Source: a virus
Lineage: Duplodnaviria; Caudoviricetes
Virus record (IMG/VR): IMGVR_UViG_3300034737_000014
Location: 1 to 60,641 of that record
Reading direction: 5' to 3' (one strand)
Length of the DNA stretch: 60,641 nucleotides
Positions within the stretch are counted from its first letter, which is position 1, and each line of letters begins with the position of its first letter. Shown here one piece after another: positions 45,134 through 55,377 of the stretch. The position numbers were made by a program, and so were the translations under genes. The notes under the pieces were generated by a model, which had not been told where the DNA came from, made no database searches, and saw nothing but the letters and a program-made list of their open reading frames with translations.

Positions 45134-46203
45134 TGGCAGGAATGAGCGATCTAATACAACAAGCCCGTTTGATGGCGGCGGTAAAAGCTTACGATGCTGG
45201 TGATACCGAGACTGCGTATCGCGCCCTTGGTATTTCTATGCCTGGCGCTATCGACCCATCACAACGTGCGTTAAATGACACACGCACCGCTCTTGGACAA
45301 CAACAGTACGGGTATAACGTAGAAGCTAATCCTCTAAGAATAGATGGGTTGTCCCTTAGTAACCAAACTAAGGAGCAGCAATTAGCGCAACGTGAGGCTA
45401 AGTTCCAAGATGAGCTACTAAGTAAGCAACTATCCAATGGTAAAAACGCTACTGATGTTATCTACGACATCACTGAGAAAGCAGTAGCTCCGCATACCGA
45501 TGTCTCCAGTATGGATAAGAAACAGGTAGAGGCCTTAAACGCGCAGCATAAGATTAACGGCACAGCTCTAGGCAATACTGTTTTAGCTATGTTAGGAGAA
45601 TACAACCTTCCAGCTACCCCAGAAAACATTCGTACGCTGGCTAACGCACAGATGGCCGCCGAAAAAGTAGATATGGGCATTTCCGGGCCAGTTAGTAAAG
45701 TTAATATGGGCGCTATATTAGCCAACCATGCTAAAGCAATCGGCCTAGGCGGGGTAGTACCGGGGGATATGGATAACTATTACGCCGTCGCAGACTCAGG
45801 CATCAATGCCTTATCTTCGCCTACAAAGGACAACCGTATGCGCGAGGTTTTGTCAGTGCTAGGTACTAATGCACTCAAAGCACAGGGCCAAGGCGACTTG
45901 CTAAATGGTACATTTGCTTTTTTAGGTGATCGTAATGGTCCGCTTGATAACACAGTGATGGACAGTTTACACAATTACGCTCGGGCAAAAGACCCTAATT
46001 ACGAAACCAACCTGTCTATGTTCTATGGTCATTTGCCAACTATTTTAGAGACAGCGGCCAAAGCATCTGGCTTTAGCGGAGCCAAGGAAATGGTAGAGCG
46101 TATCCAAGACCAGAAAGAACCGGATGCGGTGTGGAGTAAGGTAATGCAGGAAGCCTACGACAAGTATGGTAAACTTTATCAGCGCAGCTTTAACGACCGG
46201 TAA
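45133..46203 (+). CDS. putative ejection protein
   Basis: Helical protein coupled to the previous gene. Confidence 0.5.
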   Translation: MAGMSDLIQQARLMAAVKAYDAGDTETAYRALGISMPGAIDPSQRALNDTRTALGQQQYGYNVEANPLRIDGLSLSNQTKEQQLAQREAKFQDELLSKQLSNGKNATDVIYDITEKAVAPHTDVSSMDKKQVEALNAQHKINGTALGNTVLAMLGEYNLPATPENIRTLANAQMAAEKVDMGISGPVSKVNMGAILANHAKAIGLGGVVPGDMDNYYAVADSGINALSSPTKDNRMREVLSVLGTNALKAQGQGDLLNGTFAFLGDRNGPLDNTVMDSLHNYARAKDPNYETNLSMFYGHLPTILETAAKASGFSGAKEMVERIQDQKEPDAVWSKVMQEAYDKYGKLYQRSFNDR

Positions 46204-46211
46204 TCATGCGG

Positions 46212-46244
46212 TATAATAGCCAGGCATAATAAGTCTGGCTTATT
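46212..46244 (+). promoter_or_regulatory. -10 box plus perfect operator copy upstream of the giant gene
   Basis: TATAAT at 46212-46217; AATAAG-TCTGG-CTTATT at 46228-46244. Confidence 0.6.
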
Positions 46245-46278
46245 ACTTTCAGTATTAATTTTATACAGGGACTACCTA

Positions 46279-49200
46279 ATGGCGACTCCTCCTAATCAGG
46301 CACAATCACCGTTAAACTTCTTGGGCCTGCCTGAGACTAGACCAGGAACCTCTTTGATTACGGAGAACCCCGGTTTCTTGGATGGAGCACAAGCCGTAGG
46401 TTACTCCCTTGCAGCCGGCGTGGCTAATGCCAGAGCCTTACTGGCCGATTCTGACCAAGAGTTAGAGCTACATCGCCGCGCCGCCGAAGAGATGACACGC
46501 CGTGCTTCGTCCCTTACTAACGAGGCTAGCCTAGTTAACCTATGGGGGAACGCGGGAGCGCAGATTCTAGGAACTGCAGCCACTGGCGGACTAGCCGGGC
46601 TTGGGGTGAAAGCCGTAGGAGGAACCGCTTTAGCCCGTTTAGCGGCGGCAACTGCTGCCGGCACAACGCTAAATGCGCCGGCCGCCTACAATGAGAGTGT
46701 CAATACTCAACTCGACCAAGGCGTCCCCTATAAGCAGGCCTTATCGGATTCTATCGCTCCGGCTATGACTAACGCCGGGCTAGATTCAGTAACTCCGATG
46801 ATGATGATTGCTAAAGGACTAGCGGGCAAAGGAGTTGATGCTGCGGCTCATGCTACTGGTGACAGCGTATTAAAACGTTTCGGTAAAACTACCGGGGCAG
46901 AAGCCTTAACTGGCGCAGCGCAAACAGGCGTAAATATCGCAGGCGTCGACGATGCTTATCAGAAGTATGACGTGTTCAGCGAGAAAGGTATCGGTGATAT
47001 GGCCAATGCTGGTATGATGGAGGCCATCGCCGGCTCGCCTTACACCGCGGCTGAATCGGTACTACATAACACCCCGGCGCAACCCCCAGTAGCTCCAGCC
47101 GCCTCGCCACAACCAGTTGAGGTAACGTCGCCATCGGCTGAGGCAACTGTAGACCCGAGCACCGAAACGGTAATCGAAGATAGTAACGGACAAGTACCTC
47201 CAGGTATGGATACCACTATTACCCCGGCGCAAGCGCGCGCGGCACGTGCTGCTGAGTTACTAGCTAACGCCAGCAAAGGCGGTGAGTTCCTGAATCTGAA
47301 GCAATTAAATGACTTCACCAAACAGCTTATTGACGATTTAGGCGGAGACCAAAACGACAGGAAAGCCCTAGCCTCTCATTTAATGTCTAAGGCTAAACAA
47401 GATTTCAACGGTAAATCAGCATACAACGCTACGACTATCGCCCAAGAACTAGACTCTCGTCTGCCGATCTTTGCCGCAGGTATTGAACAGAAGAACGCAG
47501 CGCGCGCTAATGAAGCCAATAATTCGACGCTTGAACAGGTAGGTGTAGTGACTCCGCCTACCGGCGTTACCGAGCAGGATGTTGCAAAAGCGTTTGGCAA
47601 GAAAACCTATGAGGTCCCGGCCGCAGACTTACCGAATGGAGACTTGTTTGGGTACGATAACCCGAAACAACTTAATGCTAACTTATCAGAAGTAGAGCAG
47701 AGATTAGCCCAACCGTTTGCTAACACGGTACCGCACCAAGAGGTTTCAGGTAATCAACCTATTGCTGAACCAGCTATCCCAGGCAACACACCACAGATAG
47801 AGATGTTTGGCCTGGGCGGTCAGGTAAACCCACAGGCTATGAACATGCCGGCGTTGCCTGCTCCTCCTGTTGGTTTGAGCGAAGACCACCTTAACCAAGC
47901 CGCTAGACAGTTAGCGGCTGAACAAGGTAATCACCCAGTACAGGCAGATACCCAGCCTACTGCTCCAGTGCTTGTGCGTAACCAGACGCTAGGCATTGGG
48001 GGCGACCAAGCAATTCCTGTTTTACCCACCGGCGAAGCTATGGCGGACGGTTTCGGCAAAGACCCGTTGAAAGCACTGGTCGAGTTAGAACCGACATCTT
48101 GGAAACAAGACACCACGATCACGGGCCTCCTGCCGAAGAACAAAAGCGCATTACTACGTAAAGCAGTGGAAAGCGCTGATACTATTGAACAGGCTATCGC
48201 TAATTTAGGCAGCTACAACAAAGGCGTAACACGCCAGAAAGCAAGTGATTTAATCCTAGCCTTGAACAAGCTGTTGCCTGCGCAGGAGACAGCGCCAACC
48301 GTAGAACCTACCCACGCGGCACCAGCCGTACAGCTACCCGCCGTACAGTCTATGGTTGAGCAGTCTCCAGCTAAAGCCGCCCCCGTGGCCAAACCAGGAG
48401 CTACCGCTGTCGCTGCCCGCCCTTCGCCAGCGCTACCAGCAGAAACTGTTCTAACTGATACCGACGTACCAGCTTCTAAGATAAAACTATCATCGCGCAA
48501 GACTGGGTTCAAGACACCAGTGGCTGCGGTTGCTGCCGCCAAGAAAGCTAAAGTGGCCAATCCTTTGCCAGTTAAGCTAGCTGACGGTACCTACGGTTAT
48601 ACGTCAAAAGAACTGCTAGATGCTAAAGAAGACCCGCTAGATACCCCAGTACCTGCGGAGTTGGTAACTAACAAAATTACCGCGAAGACCTCTAAGAAAG
48701 GCATTACTGCCCGCGAGTGGTTGATTAACTTATTCGCACGTAAAGACCCGCTTGACCCGCAGATAAGCGAGAAAGCCTTAGCGTATGTGGCTTCGTTGAA
48801 AGATGAACCTTTGGTTAGTTCTGACCCAGAACTTTTAACTACTCTATTGAAAGACCCCGACATCGCGGATTTAGCTGCTACACTAGACGACCCAGAAATG
48901 TCTTTGTCAGAACTAGCGTTCGCTCATTTACAGGACTTAGAGACCATAGCTCAAGCAAAAGCGGATATAGCAGCGGAATCAAACGTTGTAGAGGAAGCGG
49001 CTAAGACGCCACCTAAACCCGTTCAGAAAAAAGTAGCAAAGACGGATAACAAGCTAGCCGACCAGGTGTATGACAAGTGGACCCCGCACGAAGACGTTGT
49101 TAAAGCCGCTAACGCAATCGCCAGTGGTACTCTAAAGAAACGCGTCTTAGCCGCCCTTAAACAAACCATGCCCGGGGAAGCTGTTACATCTTTAGAACGC

Positions 49201-52200
49201 TTGAAAGACGAATACGAAGATAATGAAAACTTTGTAGAAGATATTGAGGCAGTTCAGCGCGAGCTAAAGAGAACTCAGCGGGAGCGCGGTGTAGCCCGTG
49301 CCGCTGCGTCTGGTAGCGCTGTAACGGAGATAAATGACCCGGCAGAACTAGCCCGAATTGCCGCTGAATTAGAAGCTAACACAAAAACAAAAGCTTCACT
49401 GTCTACTAGCTCTGACAAGCTAGCCCAGATCGAAAAAGAAAGTTATCGCAACAAAAAGCTATCTAACACGGCTGTGCAGGAAGAAGCGCCACTAGACACC
49501 AACGTCGACAAGGATGGTTTCTCAGCTACTACCGACGATACTCACGGCGATGCCCTACTTCGTCGAGAGGTGCGCACACTAGCCGAACGTATACTTTCTG
49601 AGTTCACGACCCCGCCTAACATTGAGGTAATTCTTGACCTTTCAGAAGCACCTGAATCAATCAAGAAGGCAGCAGAAAAAGCAGGTTTCGATGGCACGAC
49701 TGCCCAGGTTAAAGGGTTCTTTCATAAAGGCACCATGTATATTGTTTCGTCAGCGCACACTGACAAGGATTCCGTAGAGCGCGCCGTTTATCACGAAGCC
49801 TTCCATCTAGGACTGCGCCAGGCTGTATCTCCTAGAAAGCTAACGGCGATACTGAACGCGGCCATTGACCAGATGGGCGGCAGAGACGGCATCATTAAGT
49901 TCGCCAAACAGATGGGCGTCTATGACCGCCTAGTCCCTTATATCCAGAAGTACGACGACGATGTGGCTAACGGAACCCGCAGCCGCCAATCGGCAGATCG
50001 TATGTTGTTGGAGGAGACATTGGCACCTTTAGCTGAGACTCGCAGTGTGCCTAAATTATCAGGCTTATCAAAATTCTTAGGCTCTATAGCCCGTGCATTA
50101 GAATCGGTAGGCGCTATTAAGCCAGCGGCTTGGGTGCGCAAATGGTCTCCTAAATTAGTAGCTCAGGCTTTCTTAGATTTGGCCAACAAGGGGCTTAATA
50201 GTGGAACACCCGCAGACGTTCAGGATACAGATGCCGGTTTTATGGCTGTCGCTAGCCCTTCGCAGCTCTCTGCCGCCGCAAAACGTACTTACAACGATAT
50301 TAAGCAAAGAGCCGAAGATACTCAGGCATCGTTGAATAAACTACCGTACCGAACCGCTACAAGACGTCTTGCTACAGCACTTTCAGCTATGGGCGGTAAA
50401 GGAGCGGTATTTACGGCACGTCAGTTGGTATCATCCACCAAAGGTATGCTAACCAGTTTAGCGGATTCGTTTGAGTTATCAGGCAAACCGGAGCTGGCAG
50501 GCAAACTACGCAACATGATTCACCGTTTGGAAGTAATCACTGCTAAACAGGATACTATCGCAAATGAGTTTTTAGGCAAAGCGCTCCGTTCTATGGAACA
50601 CTTATCAGAGGCCAGCCAGAAGAAAACATGGGAAGTATTCCAACTTGAACTAACGCCAGAAAAAGCCGCTGAACGCCTCAACGCAGAAGAGATGCGAGCT
50701 TATCGAGGCCTACGTGATACTTTCAATAAGTTCTTCGATAGAGTAATGCGACCAGCCTATGAACGCGAGGCTAACATTCTCTTAGCTGACGGAAAGGACA
50801 CATCTTCGGTTATGGAGCTGGCAGTTGGTATGGGTGATTATGTTATCCGCCACGGCCGGTTTGAGCGCGTAGCGCAGGGGCAGGGCACCCACCGCTTGAC
50901 TAACTACCGTGCCAACTACTCGCCACGTATATATGACCGTGAGAAGATTCGTGCGAATCAAGAACAGTTCGTTAAAGACATGATGGCTAGAACAGGCATG
51001 AGTGAAGAGCAAGCTACCAACTTGTTAGACGACATCATGGACGATACTACCAACGTATCTCAAATTGGGCAGGCCCCAGTGATCGGTATGGGTAAAGCCG
51101 GTTCGCAGAAAGCACGTAAGATCAATCTGCCTAACTCCGTTTTTGATGGTTACTTGTCTAAAGACCTTGGCACTGTATTGCCGGTTTACCTGAACCGCAC
51201 TGTCCAACACTCGTTGTTCACGCAAGAGTTTGGGCGTATGCAGACCGCAGCCGATGGTAGCCTACGCATGGCCCCAGGAAACGAGTGGGCTGAGATTCAT
51301 AATGCCATTGATAGTGAAGATGACCGCGTCGTTTTCAGACGTATCATGAATACTATTACTAGCCGTACTGGTCTAACAGATTCAGCGCTTGCCCGTACTG
51401 CGTCGTCAGGTTTACGCGCCTTTGGGTCGATTATGATGATGTCACTTATCCTACTTAAATCAATCGGCGACGTAGCGTGGATCGCCGCTGCCGGCAAAAA
51501 CGGCATCGAGCGACAAGCAGCTCGTCAGGCGTTAAAAGATGTCGTTAACTCTATGATGAAGGGCGATAAAGCGCGCTCTGTAGCGGCTAATCGTATCTTC
51601 TACCAACACGCCGGATTAGTTACTAACTCGATCATGGACCGTACTTTAGCGGACTTGACCGATGTGGCTAGTACCGAAGGCTGGGAAGGTAAGTTCAACC
51701 GTGCTACGACTAAGTTCTACCAACGTACCGGTATCCACCACCTGACTACTATTCTGCGTAACGTAGCCCTCGACGCCGGACAGATCGCCGTCGATCATTC
51801 TATTGCTATCTTAGCTGATGCCAACACTACGGAAAAGGAGAAAGCGGATGCTAAGGATACTCTGGCGCGTTTCGGAGTTGATAGTGATAAGTGGACATTG
51901 TGGAAAGATGCAGGTAAACCGACGGTAGAACAGGCGCTGGAGTCAGGCAATCCTGAACTAGCCGCTGCCGCTGACAGCGCTATCACTACTCTTACTAGAT
52001 TTAGAAACAGCCATGTTGCGCACCCTACTCAGTTAGACAAGACTTTGTGGGCAGACAACGCTATCGGTAAATTGTTCTGGCAGTTTCATAGCTATTTCTA
52101 CGCATTGCAAAACCATGTTATGACTGGGTTCTTCGATAACATCATGGACCATAAAGGCAGCGAGGCCTTCAAGCAGATGGCTATTTATATCCCAGTGGCG

Positions 52201-52617
52201 CTAGTAGTTGGGGGAGCTGGTTTATATGCAGCCCATGCGTTACAGTATGCGGCCCCCGCTGCTTTCTGGGGCAACCCTCTACCTCCACAGTCTATGACTG
52301 GAATGGACTTTGGAGACGCGGCCCTTGAAGCGCTGAAATACACGGCCTTGTCTGGTTTCTCAGCCGAATCATGGAGTACAGCAGCAACGATGCCGGGCGG
52401 GTTCATGGACATCACTAACCTTGCTCCATCTGTTGGTTTATTTACCAAAACATTCGGCGTTGATAGCCTATCATCTGCGCCAGAGGACCTACTGAAGCAC
52501 GCCAAGAGTATGGCCGACAACCTATTGTACGCGGCAGCCGTCTATAAAATTTGGGGGCCAGGCAGTGACAAGCTTATGGAGGCTAGACAACGCGAGATAG
52601 AGAGGTTGACAAAGTGA
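46279..52617 (+). CDS. large ejection / polyvalent-type internal virion protein with a zincin-like motif
   Basis: 2112 aa, Ala-rich helical; KGFF...YHEAFHLG...EE. Confidence 0.7.
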   Translation: MATPPNQAQSPLNFLGLPETRPGTSLITENPGFLDGAQAVGYSLAAGVANARALLADSDQELELHRRAAEEMTRRASSLTNEASLVNLWGNAGAQILGTAATGGLAGLGVKAVGGTALARLAAATAAGTTLNAPAAYNESVNTQLDQGVPYKQALSDSIAPAMTNAGLDSVTPMMMIAKGLAGKGVDAAAHATGDSVLKRFGKTTGAEALTGAAQTGVNIAGVDDAYQKYDVFSEKGIGDMANAGMMEAIAGSPYTAAESVLHNTPAQPPVAPAASPQPVEVTSPSAEATVDPSTETVIEDSNGQVPPGMDTTITPAQARAARAAELLANASKGGEFLNLKQLNDFTKQLIDDLGGDQNDRKALASHLMSKAKQDFNGKSAYNATTIAQELDSRLPIFAAGIEQKNAARANEANNSTLEQVGVVTPPTGVTEQDVAKAFGKKTYEVPAADLPNGDLFGYDNPKQLNANLSEVEQRLAQPFANTVPHQEVSGNQPIAEPAIPGNTPQIEMFGLGGQVNPQAMNMPALPAPPVGLSEDHLNQAARQLAAEQGNHPVQADTQPTAPVLVRNQTLGIGGDQAIPVLPTGEAMADGFGKDPLKALVELEPTSWKQDTTITGLLPKNKSALLRKAVESADTIEQAIANLGSYNKGVTRQKASDLILALNKLLPAQETAPTVEPTHAAPAVQLPAVQSMVEQSPAKAAPVAKPGATAVAARPSPALPAETVLTDTDVPASKIKLSSRKTGFKTPVAAVAAAKKAKVANPLPVKLADGTYGYTSKELLDAKEDPLDTPVPAELVTNKITAKTSKKGITAREWLINLFARKDPLDPQISEKALAYVASLKDEPLVSSDPELLTTLLKDPDIADLAATLDDPEMSLSELAFAHLQDLETIAQAKADIAAESNVVEEAAKTPPKPVQKKVAKTDNKLADQVYDKWTPHEDVVKAANAIASGTLKKRVLAALKQTMPGEAVTSLERLKDEYEDNENFVEDIEAVQRELKRTQRERGVARAAASGSAVTEINDPAELARIAAELEANTKTKASLSTSSDKLAQIEKESYRNKKLSNTAVQEEAPLDTNVDKDGFSATTDDTHGDALLRREVRTLAERILSEFTTPPNIEVILDLSEAPESIKKAAEKAGFDGTTAQVKGFFHKGTMYIVSSAHTDKDSVERAVYHEAFHLGLRQAVSPRKLTAILNAAIDQMGGRDGIIKFAKQMGVYDRLVPYIQKYDDDVANGTRSRQSADRMLLEETLAPLAETRSVPKLSGLSKFLGSIARALESVGAIKPAAWVRKWSPKLVAQAFLDLANKGLNSGTPADVQDTDAGFMAVASPSQLSAAAKRTYNDIKQRAEDTQASLNKLPYRTATRRLATALSAMGGKGAVFTARQLVSSTKGMLTSLADSFELSGKPELAGKLRNMIHRLEVITAKQDTIANEFLGKALRSMEHLSEASQKKTWEVFQLELTPEKAAERLNAEEMRAYRGLRDTFNKFFDRVMRPAYEREANILLADGKDTSSVMELAVGMGDYVIRHGRFERVAQGQGTHRLTNYRANYSPRIYDREKIRANQEQFVKDMMARTGMSEEQATNLLDDIMDDTTNVSQIGQAPVIGMGKAGSQKARKINLPNSVFDGYLSKDLGTVLPVYLNRTVQHSLFTQEFGRMQTAADGSLRMAPGNEWAEIHNAIDSEDDRVVFRRIMNTITSRTGLTDSALARTASSGLRAFGSIMMMSLILLKSIGDVAWIAAAGKNGIERQAARQALKDVVNSMMKGDKARSVAANRIFYQHAGLVTNSIMDRTLADLTDVASTEGWEGKFNRATTKFYQRTGIHHLTTILRNVALDAGQIAVDHSIAILADANTTEKEKADAKDTLARFGVDSDKWTLWKDAGKPTVEQALESGNPELAAAADSAITTLTRFRNSHVAHPTQLDKTLWADNAIGKLFWQFHSYFYALQNHVMTGFFDNIMDHKGSEAFKQMAIYIPVALVVGGAGLYAAHALQYAAPAAFWGNPLPPQSMTGMDFGDAALEALKYTALSGFSAESWSTAATMPGGFMDITNLAPSVGLFTKTFGVDSLSSAPEDLLKHAKSMADNLLYAAAVYKIWGPGSDKLMEARQREIERLTK

Positions 52618-52666
52618 CCTACTTCGTGTATAAAGGATACAAAATCAAATACAAGCAGAGCTTATT
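52606..52666 (+). promoter_or_regulatory. sigma70-type promoter plus operator copy (tail-fibre operon)
   Basis: TTGACA-N17-TATAAA at 52606-52634; TACAAG-CAGAG-CTTATT at 52650-52666. Confidence 0.6.
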
Positions 52667-52669
52667 AAA

Positions 52670-53299
52670 GTGGCAACAGTAACTGTACAGAGCCTTATCG
52701 ACCAAGTCAGAACCATCCTGCAAGATCAGGATGCTACTCGCTGGTCGAACACTGAGTTTTTGTCGTGGTTACAAACAGCCTATGCTGAGATAATTGATAA
52801 AAAACCACAGGCTAATTCGACGCGGTTAGTGTTTGCTTGTCAAGCGGGTACGCAGCAGAATCTGCCCGCTGATGGAGCTTTGTTGATCAGTGTTATTCGC
52901 AATGAGTCTCCTACGGCTAAAGCAATACGCCCGGTAGAGCGAGCGGTTATGGATAGTCAAGACCCTGATTGGCACAGCGCAGCAAACAACGGCGACGTAA
53001 GTTACTATGTGTATGAGGCCCAGTCGCCAAAAGTGTTTTATGTGTATCCGCAGGCGACCGCAGGACAATTAATTTCTATCCAGTACGCAAAAATCCCGGT
53101 CGCCCATGCCTCCACAAACGAGCCTATCCGCTTAGACGATACCTACGCTGGCTTATTGACGGACTACCTTCTTTATCGTGCCTACGCTAAAGATGCAGGA
53201 GCAGGGGACTCTAACCTTGCTAATACTTACCGCGACCTTTTTTACACCAACCTTGGACTCAAGCCGCTGTATCCGGCTAGAGCCATCACAACTGTTTAA
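52670..53299 (+). CDS. second adaptor / fibre-attachment protein (DUF6682-like)
   Basis: ILQD...RWS..E, GTQQ.LP, FYVYP and DYLLYRAYAKD. Confidence 0.7.
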   Translation: MATVTVQSLIDQVRTILQDQDATRWSNTEFLSWLQTAYAEIIDKKPQANSTRLVFACQAGTQQNLPADGALLISVIRNESPTAKAIRPVERAVMDSQDPDWHSAANNGDVSYYVYEAQSPKVFYVYPQATAGQLISIQYAKIPVAHASTNEPIRLDDTYAGLLTDYLLYRAYAKDAGAGDSNLANTYRDLFYTNLGLKPLYPARAITTV

Positions 53300-53315
53300 T
53301 ATAGGAGATTCTTAA

Positions 53316-53735
53316 ATGGCAGGTTCAGCTAGTGACTACTTAGAAAACGCGTTAATTAACGCCGTATTGCGTGGTCAGCAATATACATCACCATCGTCTC
53401 TGTACTTGGCGCTATTTACCGCCGACCCTACAGATGCAAATATTACAGCAAACGAAATCGCAACCGGTACTTGGTACGCTCGCGTTGACATGACTCTTGG
53501 TGGAACTATCAATTCCGCATTTACTGCCCCTGCTAATGGTGTTACGTCAAATGCTAAGGTGTTGACATTCCAGCCAGTTACAGGCGCTCAGGTCACAGTT
53601 ACTGACTTCGCCATCTATGACGCCGCTACTGGCGGTAATATGCTTTATCATAGCTCACTTACTACGCCTAAGACATTATTGATTGACGACGTATTAAGTT
53701 TCGCTATCGGTTCGATCCAAATCTCTGCAACATAA
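53316..53735 (+). CDS. tail-fibre-associated structural protein
   Basis: SDYLENALIN, YLALFTADP and IYDAATGGNML. Confidence 0.7.
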   Translation: MAGSASDYLENALINAVLRGQQYTSPSSLYLALFTADPTDANITANEIATGTWYARVDMTLGGTINSAFTAPANGVTSNAKVLTFQPVTGAQVTVTDFAIYDAATGGNMLYHSSLTTPKTLLIDDVLSFAIGSIQISAT

Positions 53736-53738
53736 CAG

Positions 53739-55076
53739 ATGCAGCTTAATGGTTCGGCAGTCAACACAACGGCGCTGGGCAATGCCTCGCGCAGTTATGT
53801 TGTGCAGGTGCAAGGGCTGGCAATCGCGCTGGCTTTTTCGCTGTCGGCCGAAGCAACAAGAGTAGTTCAACCAGAACCCGTCACGCTCTACCAAGTAGAG
53901 CAGACGATGGGGGCGGCCGATAGGTACGTTTACCCAACATCCTATTTAGGCACAGATTTCTTAGCTTCTGCTAACGGAGTGGTAACACGCCGTGTTAGCG
54001 GAGGCATTTCCGTTACCACAGAGATGTCCGGTCACGCAGGTGTCTATACGACACAGTATGATGTTAGCGATATAACCAGCGGCAGCAGCGTAAACGCCTA
54101 CGCAACAGCAAGACACATGGCGTTGGGCCTTTCTATTTATACACAGACGTATATGGGCGGGATTCCAAATAGAATTGTCCTTGCCGACCCGTATGTTATA
54201 GAACTGCCTTTTACTGTTACAGGTAAAGGCTCGCACACAAAATACACTAACGACGAGGAGTTAGTAGCGTCTTTCAGTATGGATGGCACGCCGTTAGCGG
54301 AAGCGTTTGTTATCAATACCGCTGCGATGGTTACAGGCGCGGCAACCAGAGTTCACCAAGCAAGCGGCTCCATCGCGGCATATAGTGAGGCGGTCGCAGA
54401 AGCAGGTGGTGTAAAACGAGGGTGCAGCGCTAAGGCAGCGACGGGTTTTGTCGTATTAGGGTTCCCTGCGCTAAAAGGATTCCAAGATGGCTACGCAGAG
54501 GCAGAGACAGGTTTTTCGGTAGAAGTAGGCGAGGTTCGTGTTCTCCGCGGTTTGCAGACTTTCATTGACACCGAGAGCATTGTGTACGGCAGCGCCCATA
54601 TTATCCAAGCTGCTAAGTGTGTTCCGGTGTATAATGCTGTCAGCGTCAGCGGGGTCTATAACGTAACAACACACGGAAGTGGATACATCGCGGCGCCACA
54701 AAACGTCACCGCGTCGCCAAGACGCTTTGTGTTTCCGCACAATGAGGGAATAATCAGCATACCACTTGTAGCCGGGGAGACATTTGTCAACCACGGGTGC
54801 GCCGGAAGTATACAAACTCCGCACACGGTTACTGGTTTTGCCCGTATCCGCCGTTCTGCAGTGTGTGATGCAATCTGTATGGAAAGCCGTATCGCCGCTG
54901 CGGCTATTAGAGTTCTACAGGGCAAAGCGTTTGTAAATATCGACTTCGCTGTTCTTCGTGGGCAAGCACTGACTAACCTATCAAGACCCGCACCGGAAGA
55001 TAGGGTGTTCCCCGTGGCAGCTCGGGCAGACTCCATCTTCTACGTTGAGCCATATACAAGGGAATTTTCATTATGA
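53739..55076 (+). CDS. tail/fibre structural protein
   Basis: Ala/Val/Thr-rich repeats; context. Confidence 0.55.
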   Translation: MQLNGSAVNTTALGNASRSYVVQVQGLAIALAFSLSAEATRVVQPEPVTLYQVEQTMGAADRYVYPTSYLGTDFLASANGVVTRRVSGGISVTTEMSGHAGVYTTQYDVSDITSGSSVNAYATARHMALGLSIYTQTYMGGIPNRIVLADPYVIELPFTVTGKGSHTKYTNDEELVASFSMDGTPLAEAFVINTAAMVTGAATRVHQASGSIAAYSEAVAEAGGVKRGCSAKAATGFVVLGFPALKGFQDGYAEAETGFSVEVGEVRVLRGLQTFIDTESIVYGSAHIIQAAKCVPVYNAVSVSGVYNVTTHGSGYIAAPQNVTASPRRFVFPHNEGIISIPLVAGETFVNHGCAGSIQTPHTVTGFARIRRSAVCDAICMESRIAAAAIRVLQGKAFVNIDFAVLRGQALTNLSRPAPEDRVFPVAARADSIFYVEPYTREFSL

Positions 55077-55375
55077 TTTTAGGTGTTATCGTTAAGCAGC
55101 CAGCAGACTTCTTAGATTACGACATTAGTTTTGCGAAGTGGTTAATAGCCACAGATTCCCTAGCTACCGTTACGGCTGATATTGTAAGAATGGATGGTGC
55201 TGTTTTGGGCGAAAAAGATTTAGAAGCACGTTATGTTATCAATAATAATCCTATTGCAAAGCTGTGGCTCGCAGGCGGAATAGACGGCGTTGGGTACAAG
55301 GTTACGTTGAATGTTACAACAACCGCAGGGCGCATGACGCAAGCGGAGTTACGTGTGAAAGTTAAAGAGGTATAA
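55073..55375 (+). CDS. fibre-tail adaptor (Ig-like)
   Basis: KQPADFLDYDI.F..W and WLAGG..G..YKVT...TT.AGR. Confidence 0.7.
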   Translation: MILGVIVKQPADFLDYDISFAKWLIATDSLATVTADIVRMDGAVLGEKDLEARYVINNNPIAKLWLAGGIDGVGYKVTLNVTTTAGRMTQAELRVKVKEV

Positions 55376-55377
55376 GA

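Noticed and set aside
5726-52617. Many short antisense ORFs in the track
   Set aside because: They are shadows of long genes on the opposite strand, with no RBS and against the two-arm strand organisation.
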